Source of the DNA: a virus
Lineage: Duplodnaviria > Heunggongvirae > Uroviricota > Caudoviricetes
IMG/VR virus record: IMGVR_UViG_3300032086_002076
Location: 74,351-91,500 of that record
Reading direction: 5' to 3' (one strand)
Length of the DNA: 17,150 nt
Shown: positions 8,362-15,693 of the stretch, piece after piece
How positions within the stretch are numbered: position 1 is the first letter of the stretch
Layout: every line of letters begins with the position of its first letter
Translations under genes and position numbers: made by a program
Notes under the pieces: model-generated
Seen by the model: the letters and a program-made list of their open reading frames with translations, nothing else
What the model was told of the DNA's origin: nothing
The model's database searches: none

Positions 8362-8390
8362 AAATATTTTCTCCTAGCTAGGTTAAGAAA

Positions 8391-8993
8391 TTATTGTGGT
8401 TCATCAAAAGATACACTTAGGGGATTTTCATCACCTTCGTAATGAAGATATTCACCTTCACCTTGTACACGTTCGATACATGTTGCATCATCATCTGTTG
8501 GACTCCATTTGGATTCAGCAGTTAATGTTACTTTCATCTCAGCACACTGTATGTATTTTGTTGAAAGAAAAGCTGGTACTTCATTTACTCTACCGTAGTA
8601 GCCAAACACTGCACCAGTTAATTCGTTAATACGCCAACGCTCTTTATCAAAGTTGGCTCTTATTCTCTGTTCAGTTAGGATGCTAGAGCTTTCCTTTCCA
8701 AAACATTTAATGTTGAGGGTTAAAGTCTCCTCTGTGACTATAACAAGTTTCCCTGTATTCTCATCGAAGTATTCATCTTTAACAGAAGCAGGAAACTCTT
8801 CATCTGAATCTTCAAAATCTACGACAATAAAAGGGTAGTCTGGTCTGACACCTTCTATAGGTCTATCTTTTATAACAGCAGGTATCGGGTCTGTACCTCT
8901 TTTAACAGGTAATGTAGATAACCTACTTCCTACTGTTTCTCTTAAAGCTTTTATAAAACCAACTAAAACTTGGTCTGGTGATACTATAGCCAT
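8391..8993 (-). CDS. Tail terminator / neck terminator protein, 200 aa
   Basis: Immediately upstream of the sheath; 'RPDYPFIVVD' resembles the 'P..PY....' motif of tail completion proteins. Assignment mainly by synteny. Confidence 0.7.
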   Translation of the reverse strand: MAIVSPDQVLVGFIKALRETVGSRLSTLPVKRGTDPIPAVIKDRPIEGVRPDYPFIVVDFEDSDEEFPASVKDEYFDENTGKLVIVTEETLTLNIKCFGKESSSILTEQRIRANFDKERWRINELTGAVFGYYGRVNEVPAFLSTKYIQCAEMKVTLTAESKWSPTDDDATCIERVQGEGEYLHYEGDENPLSVSFDEPQ

Positions 8994-8995
8994 TC

Positions 8996-9364
8996 TTAAA
9001 CAACCTCCTCACCGTCTACATCTAAACGTAAAAGTACTTTTTGATGTCTTAACCTGTACGGTCCTCTCCATTTTTCAACTCTATCAACAACATAAGTTAA
9101 TCCATCGACAATTACCTTGTCAGCAGATATTTTATTCTTAGTGTCTGTAGTACAGAGTTCTATGAATGGTGTTCTTAATACTAAACAGTCTTCCTCTCGT
9201 ATACCTGAATCTTCAATGTACCTTTTAAAACCTGAGAAATCTGGTTGTATACCACATGGTAAATCTTCTTCATAAGGGTCTTCCTGAACCCAATCACCAT
9301 CATCGTTGTAATAACCTTCTGTATATCTGAGGATTGTAACTATATCTCTAGTGTTTAACTTCAT
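8996..9364 (-). CDS. Head closure / head-tail joining protein (SPP1 gp16-like), 122 aa
   Basis: 'R...GYYNDDGDWV...CGIQP...ADKVIVDGLTYVVDRVEKW' is a typical stopper pattern; size and position fit. Confidence 0.75.
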   Translation of the reverse strand: MKLNTRDIVTILRYTEGYYNDDGDWVQEDPYEEDLPCGIQPDFSGFKRYIEDSGIREEDCLVLRTPFIELCTTDTKNKISADKVIVDGLTYVVDRVEKWRGPYRLRHQKVLLRLDVDGEEVV

Positions 9365-9370
9365 ATTTTA

Positions 9371-9892
9371 CTACCTCGTCTTCTTTATACTTTTAGAAAT
9401 AGTATTCCTAACACCTAAACCTTTCATAAGTGTTCCGTCTTCAACCATAGGTTTTCCATGTCCTTTTTGTTTAATAGTTGCATATTTGTTAGGTGGAACT
9501 AAAGGTGTAACTTTACCGAAAGTGTTTTCTATTTTACTTTTTATATGAAAACCTATCTCGTCTAAAGCTTTGTCAGGTTTCCTAATAGGTCTTATTAGAG
9601 AAGTTTTTAAATCTTTAATTAAAATATCTTTAGCAAAATTAGCTATATCTTTTTTATGAGAGATAGATGTTTGTTTGAATATCTTTCTTCTTTCTGTAAA
9701 GTCTACTGCAAGTTCATGGAAACCCATCATCTCAGCATAAGACCAACCTTCTGTATTTCTTGGATGGTCATAAGTTTCATTACCTAAGAAACCTACCTCA
9801 ACTTTAGCTCCAGATATTTCTCTTAAGTACTTTTTTAATTTGTTTAAACCTTGTGCATTCTTTCTCTTCTTAATCTTAGAAGTGATTGTCAC
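9371..9892 (-). CDS. Neck / virion morphogenesis protein (Mu gpG- or HK97 gp10-like), 173 aa, GTG start
   Basis: 'KVEVGF', 'YAEMMGFHE' and 'PPNKYATIKQKGHGKPMVEDGTL' match the VGF / HEFG / PPNA.STI..KG...PL.DTG.L pattern. SD GGAGG 6 nt before the GTG. Confidence 0.8.
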   Translation of the reverse strand: MTITSKIKKRKNAQGLNKLKKYLREISGAKVEVGFLGNETYDHPRNTEGWSYAEMMGFHELAVDFTERRKIFKQTSISHKKDIANFAKDILIKDLKTSLIRPIRKPDKALDEIGFHIKSKIENTFGKVTPLVPPNKYATIKQKGHGKPMVEDGTLMKGLGVRNTISKSIKKTR

Positions 9893-9902
9893 GATACACC
9901 TC

Positions 9903-10346
9903 CTAGATTTTTCTCATAAATTTAAAATCTGGATAAGTGTTTATTTTATAACCTAGTGGGTTCTTGTTAGTGTTAGCTTCATAGATGTTATCTACTATGT
10001 CGTCTACTTCAATACCACCTGCAAAAGGTTTACCTGCTTTCATTGATGAAAGAGAACCACCGTTAACCATATCATCTAGTAGTTCTTTATATTGTTTGTG
10101 TCTTTGTTCCCACTTAGCGAACTCACCACCAGATTTCTCTGTAATTAACTTAGCAGATTTAGCTACTAGATATTTAAGTATTTGTATAGAAGTGGAAACC
10201 TCATCTACAACACTATCTGTAGTATTCTCATCTATAACATATTGGTAAACAGAATTTTCTAAATCTATATCGAAGTTGTCTGTATCTCCTACAACCAACC
10301 TTATTCTGTCTATTACTGAATTCTTAGGGTCTGATGTAAATTCCAT
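9903..10346 (-). CDS. Head-tail adaptor / connector protein, 147 aa
   Basis: 'VIDRIRLVVGDTD' N-terminal motif typical of head completion adaptors; first of the neck gene block. Confidence 0.75.
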   Translation of the reverse strand: MEFTSDPKNSVIDRIRLVVGDTDNFDIDLENSVYQYVIDENTTDSVVDEVSTSIQILKYLVAKSAKLITEKSGGEFAKWEQRHKQYKELLDDMVNGGSLSSMKAGKPFAGGIEVDDIVDNIYEANTNKNPLGYKINTYPDFKFMRKI

Positions 10347-10354
10347 AGATACCT

Positions 10355-10690
10355 CTACTTATTTTCTTCAATATCGTCTTTTATATGCTCGATACCTTCT
10401 TTAACTTCTGTAACATCCTCTTTAATAATTAATAAATCTTCTCTGAGACCGTCTAAATATTCAGTTATGGAAGTTTCTATAACACTTATTCTTGCGTTAT
10501 ATTGTGAAAACATTCTATCGTGTTTTTCAATAGCTGTTTCTATTACTTCTTGTTTCTGTGTAAATTCTTTTAGTATCTTTAAATCTTTACCATAGTAGGC
10601 TGTAAAACCTAATGTAAGTAAAATTAGAAAAACTGATGGATACCAATGTTTGATATAAACATCCCTTTGTTTACTTTCCACTGCAAGCAT
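10355..10690 (-). CDS. Membrane-anchored coiled-coil protein, possibly lysis-related, 111 aa
   Basis: One hydrophobic segment (YPSVFLILLTLGFTAYY) followed by an acidic heptad-like tail (LREDLLIIKEDVTEVKEGIEHIKDDIEE); adjacent to the holin; SD AGGAG. Function not recognised. Confidence 0.55.
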   Translation of the reverse strand: MLAVESKQRDVYIKHWYPSVFLILLTLGFTAYYGKDLKILKEFTQKQEVIETAIEKHDRMFSQYNARISVIETSITEYLDGLREDLLIIKEDVTEVKEGIEHIKDDIEENK

Positions 10691-10699
10691 AGTTATTAA

Positions 10700-11173
10700 T
10701 TACTCCTTAGACACATTTTTATCTTCACCTTTAGAGAACTTCTCTTTAACGGAAAACATAAATTTAAATAATCTCATCAAGCCTAATGTGGCTATATAAA
10801 TTCCAACAATAGCAAATTCAAACCAATAAGGTACACCTTTGTAACCCATTGCTTTCCAACCTTCTGCCATATAGGGTTGAGTCATAGGGATAAAGTGTAA
10901 CGTTGCTAGTATAAGTGTCCAGATAATTAAAACTTCATCTATAATAGTATGTCGTCTTTCTAATTGTACCTGTTTATCATAATCTGCATCAGCTATATCA
11001 CTATTGGCTAATCTTTCAGCTTCTGTTGTATATTTTTGAACCTCTAAGGCTACTTTAGCTTTAGCGATTTGTAATTTACCTTCTTCTTTTAAATACTTTC
11101 TAGCTTGACTACCTTCTATGTAAGAAGTAACAGGTTTTGCTAAAAAATCAAAAAGGCCAGTTAACCATTGCAT
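10700..11173 (-). CDS. Putative holin of the '3TM / GTA-holin' family (PF11351-like), 157 aa
   Basis: N-terminal amphipathic helix, charged coiled segment, then 'IIDEVLIIWTLILATLHFIP...AEGWKAM...PYWFEFAIVGIYIATLGLMR', matching the DE......FIP.....G..AL...P.W.......A.FG.R pattern; basic C-terminal tail. Confidence 0.7.
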   Translation of the reverse strand: MQWLTGLFDFLAKPVTSYIEGSQARKYLKEEGKLQIAKAKVALEVQKYTTEAERLANSDIADADYDKQVQLERRHTIIDEVLIIWTLILATLHFIPMTQPYMAEGWKAMGYKGVPYWFEFAIVGIYIATLGLMRLFKFMFSVKEKFSKGEDKNVSKE

Positions 11174-11188
11174 AATATACCCTCTTGT

Positions 11189-11220
11189 AAATATAAAGCA
11201 GGGGACTAAATGTCCCCCGC
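11189..11220 (-). terminator. Intrinsic terminator after the major capsid gene
   Basis: Minus strand GCGGGGGAC ATTTA GTCCCCTGC TTTATATTT: 9-bp GC-rich stem (one G-U) with an interrupted U tract. Confidence 0.85.
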
Positions 11221-11234
11221 AATTAAACTAATTT

Positions 11235-12317
11235 CTAGTTAGAAGAAACTAATTTGTGAGACAATTGAGGCTTACTCATGAAATATAGTGGAGCCATTTC
11301 TAGTTCCATTTCATAGTATTTATCTTTAGGGTCTCTGTACTCTGTAACAAACATTTCTTTACCAACTTGGTTAGCACCAGAAAGAGTGTTAGCAGGACCG
11401 AAGTAACCTCGGTACAAGTCTTTCATACCTTTAACGATTGTGTAACCACCTTCAGCAGCAGTACCAGCAGCGTCACCATTACCTACCGCATGGATAGCAG
11501 TTGAATCTGCACCATCTTTGTAGAATAACGCATCGTAACTGTAGAACAATACACCTTGGTGATAGAATGTATCTACTACACCCCAATCGGTGAAAGTTTG
11601 TAAGTTAGCTCTAACTACATCAGAACGACTATCAGAAACAGAGTACTGTAAGTAAGCTTCTCTGATTTTAGAGTGACTAACAAGTTTATCGAAGAACTCT
11701 GGAGATACCATACACTCGAATGAACCAAGTCTTGTACCTGTTTTAGCGCTCTTACCTAGAGACCTTTTAAGTTCTCTAATTTTACCATCTACGTCTGTAC
11801 CAGCAGTTCCTAGAACAAAGTCAATAGTGGTTTGTGAAATACCGAACTCAGTGAACATGTCAGCTATAGTGTTGTCTTCACCATCTTTAGTAAGACCTTT
11901 TACAGCAGCAATCTTCATGAATTCTCTAGTTTGGTCAGCATTAAGTCTCATGTCTTCTAGCTTTTCAGCAATAGCAGTTGCTACAGCTTTAGCGCCATCA
12001 GGAGTACCTGTTTGTCTCTGACCTTGAATATCACTAGGTACGATAGTATCTTCATGAGAGAAGTAAGGCAATGCCAAACTGAACGTCTCAGATGTTCTAC
12101 CTCTACCTTTAGTGTGTGGTTTACCTCGTCTTGAGGTTTGTGGTAGTAAAGTGTATGATTTCATATCTTTTTCAAAGACGATAGACTCTTGCGAGATACC
12201 TTTCCCTGAGAAAAGACCAGAACCGTTTAGTAACCCGTATTGGTTTTCAATCTCGTTTACTTCTTCAGTCCAATCAGTAACTTTATTACCATTTGAAAGT
12301 TGACGAATAACAGCCAT
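11235..12317 (-). CDS. Major capsid protein (lambda gpE-like family, HK97 fold), 360 aa
   Basis: 'LPYFSHEDTIVPSDIQG.R..G', 'TREFMKIAAVKG', 'CMVSPEFFDKLVSH' and 'YFGPANT...N..G' match the Phage_cap_E family; follows a decoration gene and precedes a strong terminator. Confidence 0.93.
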   Translation of the reverse strand: MAVIRQLSNGNKVTDWTEEVNEIENQYGLLNGSGLFSGKGISQESIVFEKDMKSYTLLPQTSRRGKPHTKGRGRTSETFSLALPYFSHEDTIVPSDIQGQRQTGTPDGAKAVATAIAEKLEDMRLNADQTREFMKIAAVKGLTKDGEDNTIADMFTEFGISQTTIDFVLGTAGTDVDGKIRELKRSLGKSAKTGTRLGSFECMVSPEFFDKLVSHSKIREAYLQYSVSDSRSDVVRANLQTFTDWGVVDTFYHQGVLFYSYDALFYKDGADSTAIHAVGNGDAAGTAAEGGYTIVKGMKDLYRGYFGPANTLSGANQVGKEMFVTEYRDPKDKYYEMELEMAPLYFMSKPQLSHKLVSSN

Positions 12318-12334
12318 TTAATTAATCTCCTATA

Positions 12335-12811
12335 TTATCGACTTAATGGTTTAGCTTGGTATTGACCTTGGAAAGAATCAATAACTTTAATACCAGCAGC
12401 TTCTAAGTTAGCTACAGCATTATTAATAGCGGTTGCACCCGCAGCACCAAAGAATAAACCACCTTTTCTTACGATAGCGTCACCTTTGACAAGAACAGCT
12501 AACTTGGCTGTAGTACCAGCAGTACCCCAAGCTTTAGCAGAAGGACCAGAATCTGTTAAGATTACGTCATCACCTACTCTCTCATCTACCAAGATAGCAA
12601 TATTGTCTAAAGCAGGGTCAAATGCGTCTGCAAGTTCTAAGTAGTTACCAGCTTTATCGTTTTGATAAAGTACTGCACCTACTTCCATGTTCTTAGCACC
12701 AGCAGTGTCTGCTAGAACTGTAACATCTTCTCTACAGAAGTTCTTATCTCTCCACTGTTCTCTTGAAAGGAAGTTACTTACTGTGTTAATGTTTTCTAAA
12801 ATTTTTGGCAT
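12335..12811 (-). CDS. Head decoration / cement protein (lambda gpD-like position), 158 aa
   Basis: Lies between scaffold and gpE-type capsid gene; 'FCREDVTV...MEVGAVL...AILV...LAVLVKGDAIVRKGGL...LEAAGI' resembles beta-tulip decoration proteins. Confidence 0.75.
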   Translation of the reverse strand: MPKILENINTVSNFLSREQWRDKNFCREDVTVLADTAGAKNMEVGAVLYQNDKAGNYLELADAFDPALDNIAILVDERVGDDVILTDSGPSAKAWGTAGTTAKLAVLVKGDAIVRKGGLFFGAAGATAINNAVANLEAAGIKVIDSFQGQYQAKPLSR

Positions 12812-12826
12812 TTATATGACTCCTAA

Positions 12827-13702
12827 TTATTTAGATTTTCTTGATTTTAAAATATTAGCAACTTCATCAGAGACAGCATCAAAAGATTTGTTGCTATCTA
12901 TTTCATCATTACTAGTAACGTCTGAACCGTGTTCTTCTTCACCAAAAGACTCTTTTACAATTCTTGCAGATTCCAAAGATTTCAAGATATCTCCCATTGC
13001 TGGTACTTCTCTATTATCTGTTACAAACTGAGCTACACTTTTAACTGTGTCCTCTCCCTCAAAGATGTTGAAGCTTTTGATAAGCTCTACAGTTTCTTCA
13101 AGTTTTTTATCTTCTTGAGCTTTTTTAAGGTCTTCTAATTGACTCTTTAAAGAATCTAATTCCTTAACTTTAGCTTTCAAACTATCAGCAGCTTTTTGGC
13201 TATCTTCTAGTTCCTGTTTAAGAGCTTGAATCTCTTTTTCATTCATATTACTTTCTCCCTCTAAGGATTTTTTAATGTCCTCTGAGGCAGAATCCTCAGA
13301 AGTTTTTAATTTATCTCCAATCTTCTCTTGAAGACCTTTGATAATATCAACCATACTCGCAGGTAGTTTTTCTGGGACTTCCTTACCTTTAAGTAGTGTT
13401 ACTGTTCCGATTCTTGAATTGATAGTATTTTCTATATATTCTTGATTATCAAAACCTTCATATTCTTCTATATCATAACCTAGAAGAGAAGCTAACCTCT
13501 CTGCGTCATCAGAATATAAATGAAAGAATCTTTCTAAAAAGGTTCTCATAGACATATCTACAGAAACTTCTTTAGCTTGTTTCAAAGAAAGAACTTCTAT
13601 TAAATTAGCACCATTATCGACTAAAGCGACATGTGGTTTTGCTCCATTTAACATAGCATTCTTGAAATCAAATTTCTTTATTAATCTTTTTGGATTACTC
13701 AT
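12827..13702 (-). CDS. Capsid scaffold-like protein with an N-terminal protease-type motif, 291 aa
   Basis: Long coiled coil (EKEIQALKQELEDSQKAADSLKAKVKELDSLKSQLEDLKKAQ), acidic linker and basic C-terminus; N-terminal PHVALVDNGAN motif. SD GGAGG lies inside the upstream gene, with an 8-nt overlap. Confidence 0.7.
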   Translation of the reverse strand: MSNPKRLIKKFDFKNAMLNGAKPHVALVDNGANLIEVLSLKQAKEVSVDMSMRTFLERFFHLYSDDAERLASLLGYDIEEYEGFDNQEYIENTINSRIGTVTLLKGKEVPEKLPASMVDIIKGLQEKIGDKLKTSEDSASEDIKKSLEGESNMNEKEIQALKQELEDSQKAADSLKAKVKELDSLKSQLEDLKKAQEDKKLEETVELIKSFNIFEGEDTVKSVAQFVTDNREVPAMGDILKSLESARIVKESFGEEEHGSDVTSNDEIDSNKSFDAVSDEVANILKSRKSK

Positions 13703-14180
13703 CGTCTTCCTCCAATTTGACTACATGTGTAGTACAACCAATTGAGAAAGCCTTAAAAGTACCATTTTTGCACATTTCCCAAATATCATCATTCTCTACT
13801 TTAACTGTCATAACCCAATCACCTTGTAAAACAGAGCCATTATCTAGTTCCATATCGCAAGGTGCTATGTAAGATTCTACAACAGAAACATCAGCTTTCT
13901 CTACATCAAATACATGTTGTAAATTTTGATTCATACAATAAGCTGTGTAATCGTGACAAGCTTGGCTTACTGTTTCATCATCGTAAATATCTTTATGAGC
14001 ATCCATAACATTAGGTCTCAAAACAACACTGGTGAAAAGTCTTTTATCTCCAACTTCTACACATTTTGTTGCTGAAACCTTAATTATATTGTCTTCTTTT
14101 TCAGTTTCATCTACAGAACTTACAAGATTCTTAATTGTATCAGCTAAAGTACTTAATACATTCTTAGTTTCTTTATTCAC
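13695..14180 (-). CDS. XkdF-like prohead protease (Peptidase S78-related); probable GTG start at 14180, 161 aa
   Basis: 'DKRLFTSVVLRPNVMDAHKD', 'NLQH', 'VVESYIAP', 'GDWVMTVKV...IWEMCKNGTFKAFSIG' are XkdF signatures. Start revised from 14270 to GTG 14180: AGAGG SD 7 nt upstream, directly after the portal stop. Confidence 0.85.
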   Translation of the reverse strand: MNKETKNVLSTLADTIKNLVSSVDETEKEDNIIKVSATKCVEVGDKRLFTSVVLRPNVMDAHKDIYDDETVSQACHDYTAYCMNQNLQHVFDVEKADVSVVESYIAPCDMELDNGSVLQGDWVMTVKVENDDIWEMCKNGTFKAFSIGCTTHVVKLEEDDE

Positions 14181-14193
14181 TTTTTTTCCTCTA

Positions 14194-15684
14194 TTAAGAA
14201 GTGTTTTTACTAGCATTCCCAACAGCAGCGTCCCCACCACTAGGGTTAATACTTGTACCGTCTCCTGCACTTTTATGTCCCTCCCCTGCTTTAGATTGTG
14301 ATGGTGTCATCAAATTCTCTCTAATAGGTTTAGTTTCATCTGCACTAGGTAGTTTACCTTCTTTTCTTAGTTTTTCTGAAAGTGTTTGGTCTATTTCCAT
14401 AGCACCTACTGATACACATTTCTGTATGAAAGAACCTAGTTTCTCTAAGTCTCTATCTTCTAATTCTTCATAAACTATTCTAGGAAGTGGTTTATTTAAA
14501 TCCCAACCATTCATGATAGCTGTTTGAACAATCAAATCTCTATTTATTGTATCAAGTATTTCTTTAAGAATAGATTCAATACCAATAGAAAGTAAGTTAG
14601 TTTTGTTATCAGATAAAGCAAAAGAACCTTGTGTCTCTTGTCCCATCTTAAGAACATCAGCCATATAAGCCATAAGCATTTTATTTTCATACCTATTGAT
14701 TATTTTGTCTGTGTCAAACTGTTTACTACCTTCTACCGAGATAAGTTTAAACTCAAACCTATCCTTTTTAGTGTCTTCATCAAAATCTCTTGGAAAAACA
14801 ATACCAGCTTGTTCATTCATGTGAATGTTTCTAATAATATCTTTACAGTATTCGTATACTGCTTTCTTATCATCAGAAGCATCATCAGACATATACTCTG
14901 GAGGTAAACCTATAACTGGCATACCATTCATATCTCTTGAGACACCAATAGCTTCAAATTCAGCAATAGTTGTTTTATATCTCCAAGCTGTGAAGCAAGC
15001 TCTTAAAGGTGTTCTCCCTTCTGGGTTACCTTTTTGAACATCGTGTTTGAAGTGTAGTATTTTGTTAATTGGGATTTCTATTTCTGATTGAAAATTGATA
15101 GGTTTCTTTGCAGCGTAAGTGTTTACAGTTGAAAGGTCTTGTTCTATAGCTATTAGGTTTTGAGCTTTATCATCAAAAATCCACCTCTTAATGGTGTCTT
15201 GTGCTCTAATTGGTAATTTAGCCCAACCCATTCTTCCATCATCAAATTTACTGAAGTATTTACCCTTTTGACCTTTTCTTATTTTATAAACTTTTTCATG
15301 AACAGAAAAACCATAAGTTAAGAAAGATAAAGCTTCGTTTATAAACTCTGAGAAAGATGTATCCATATCATCCATACATTCTTTTATGAAGTTTTCTCTA
15401 AACAACATCTCATCAGTTTTATCTTTAGCTTGTATGTCTGGAGTTTCAACCCTCCATTTGATATTTCTAATAATAGACTTAATGACGTTCTCAGCAGCAT
15501 AAACTGATTCATCACTGCTCATAAGTTTACAGGTTCTAATCAAATTAGGCCATTGGAATTCCGATATAGTTTCTTCGAAAATCCTACCATCAATCATTGA
15601 TAGACCTGTAGAACTTAATTCACCTCTCCTAACATTAGAAGGTACTGAAGATTTTAAGTCATCTTCTTTAACTTGTTTTGTCAT
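14194..15684 (-). CDS. Portal protein (DUF935 / Mu gp29-like), 496 aa
   Basis: Follows terminase; 'FLTYGFSVHEKVY', 'KLPIRAQDTIKRW', 'GNPEGRTPLRACF.AWRYK', 'GSFALSDNKT' and 'INRDLI' match this portal family. Confidence 0.92.
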   Translation of the reverse strand: MTKQVKEDDLKSSVPSNVRRGELSSTGLSMIDGRIFEETISEFQWPNLIRTCKLMSSDESVYAAENVIKSIIRNIKWRVETPDIQAKDKTDEMLFRENFIKECMDDMDTSFSEFINEALSFLTYGFSVHEKVYKIRKGQKGKYFSKFDDGRMGWAKLPIRAQDTIKRWIFDDKAQNLIAIEQDLSTVNTYAAKKPINFQSEIEIPINKILHFKHDVQKGNPEGRTPLRACFTAWRYKTTIAEFEAIGVSRDMNGMPVIGLPPEYMSDDASDDKKAVYEYCKDIIRNIHMNEQAGIVFPRDFDEDTKKDRFEFKLISVEGSKQFDTDKIINRYENKMLMAYMADVLKMGQETQGSFALSDNKTNLLSIGIESILKEILDTINRDLIVQTAIMNGWDLNKPLPRIVYEELEDRDLEKLGSFIQKCVSVGAMEIDQTLSEKLRKEGKLPSADETKPIRENLMTPSQSKAGEGHKSAGDGTSINPSGGDAAVGNASKNTS

Positions 15685-15693
15685 TTATAACTC

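Noticed and set aside
10355-10690. Embedded outer-membrane spanin (Rz1-like lipoprotein) in an alternative frame
   Set aside because: The +1 frame at the 5' end closes after about 21 codons, I saw no lipobox ORF by eye, and the host protein has no cysteine. Not all frames were checked exhaustively.
14181-14270. Hydrophobic N-terminal extension (MQETVQVLTLVVGTLLLGMLV) of the protease ORF, suggesting a membrane anchor
   Set aside because: It overlaps the portal C-terminus in another frame; a GTG at 14180 with a well-spaced AGAGG SD right after the portal stop is the better start.
1035-15037. Plus-strand ORFs of 60-159 aa in the track (e.g. 1035-1343, 1794-2273, 6088-6384, 12687-13031, 14201-14473)
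   Set aside because: All lie antisense to well-supported phage genes, have Ser/Leu/Phe-rich shadow composition and no recognisable motifs or convincing SD sites.
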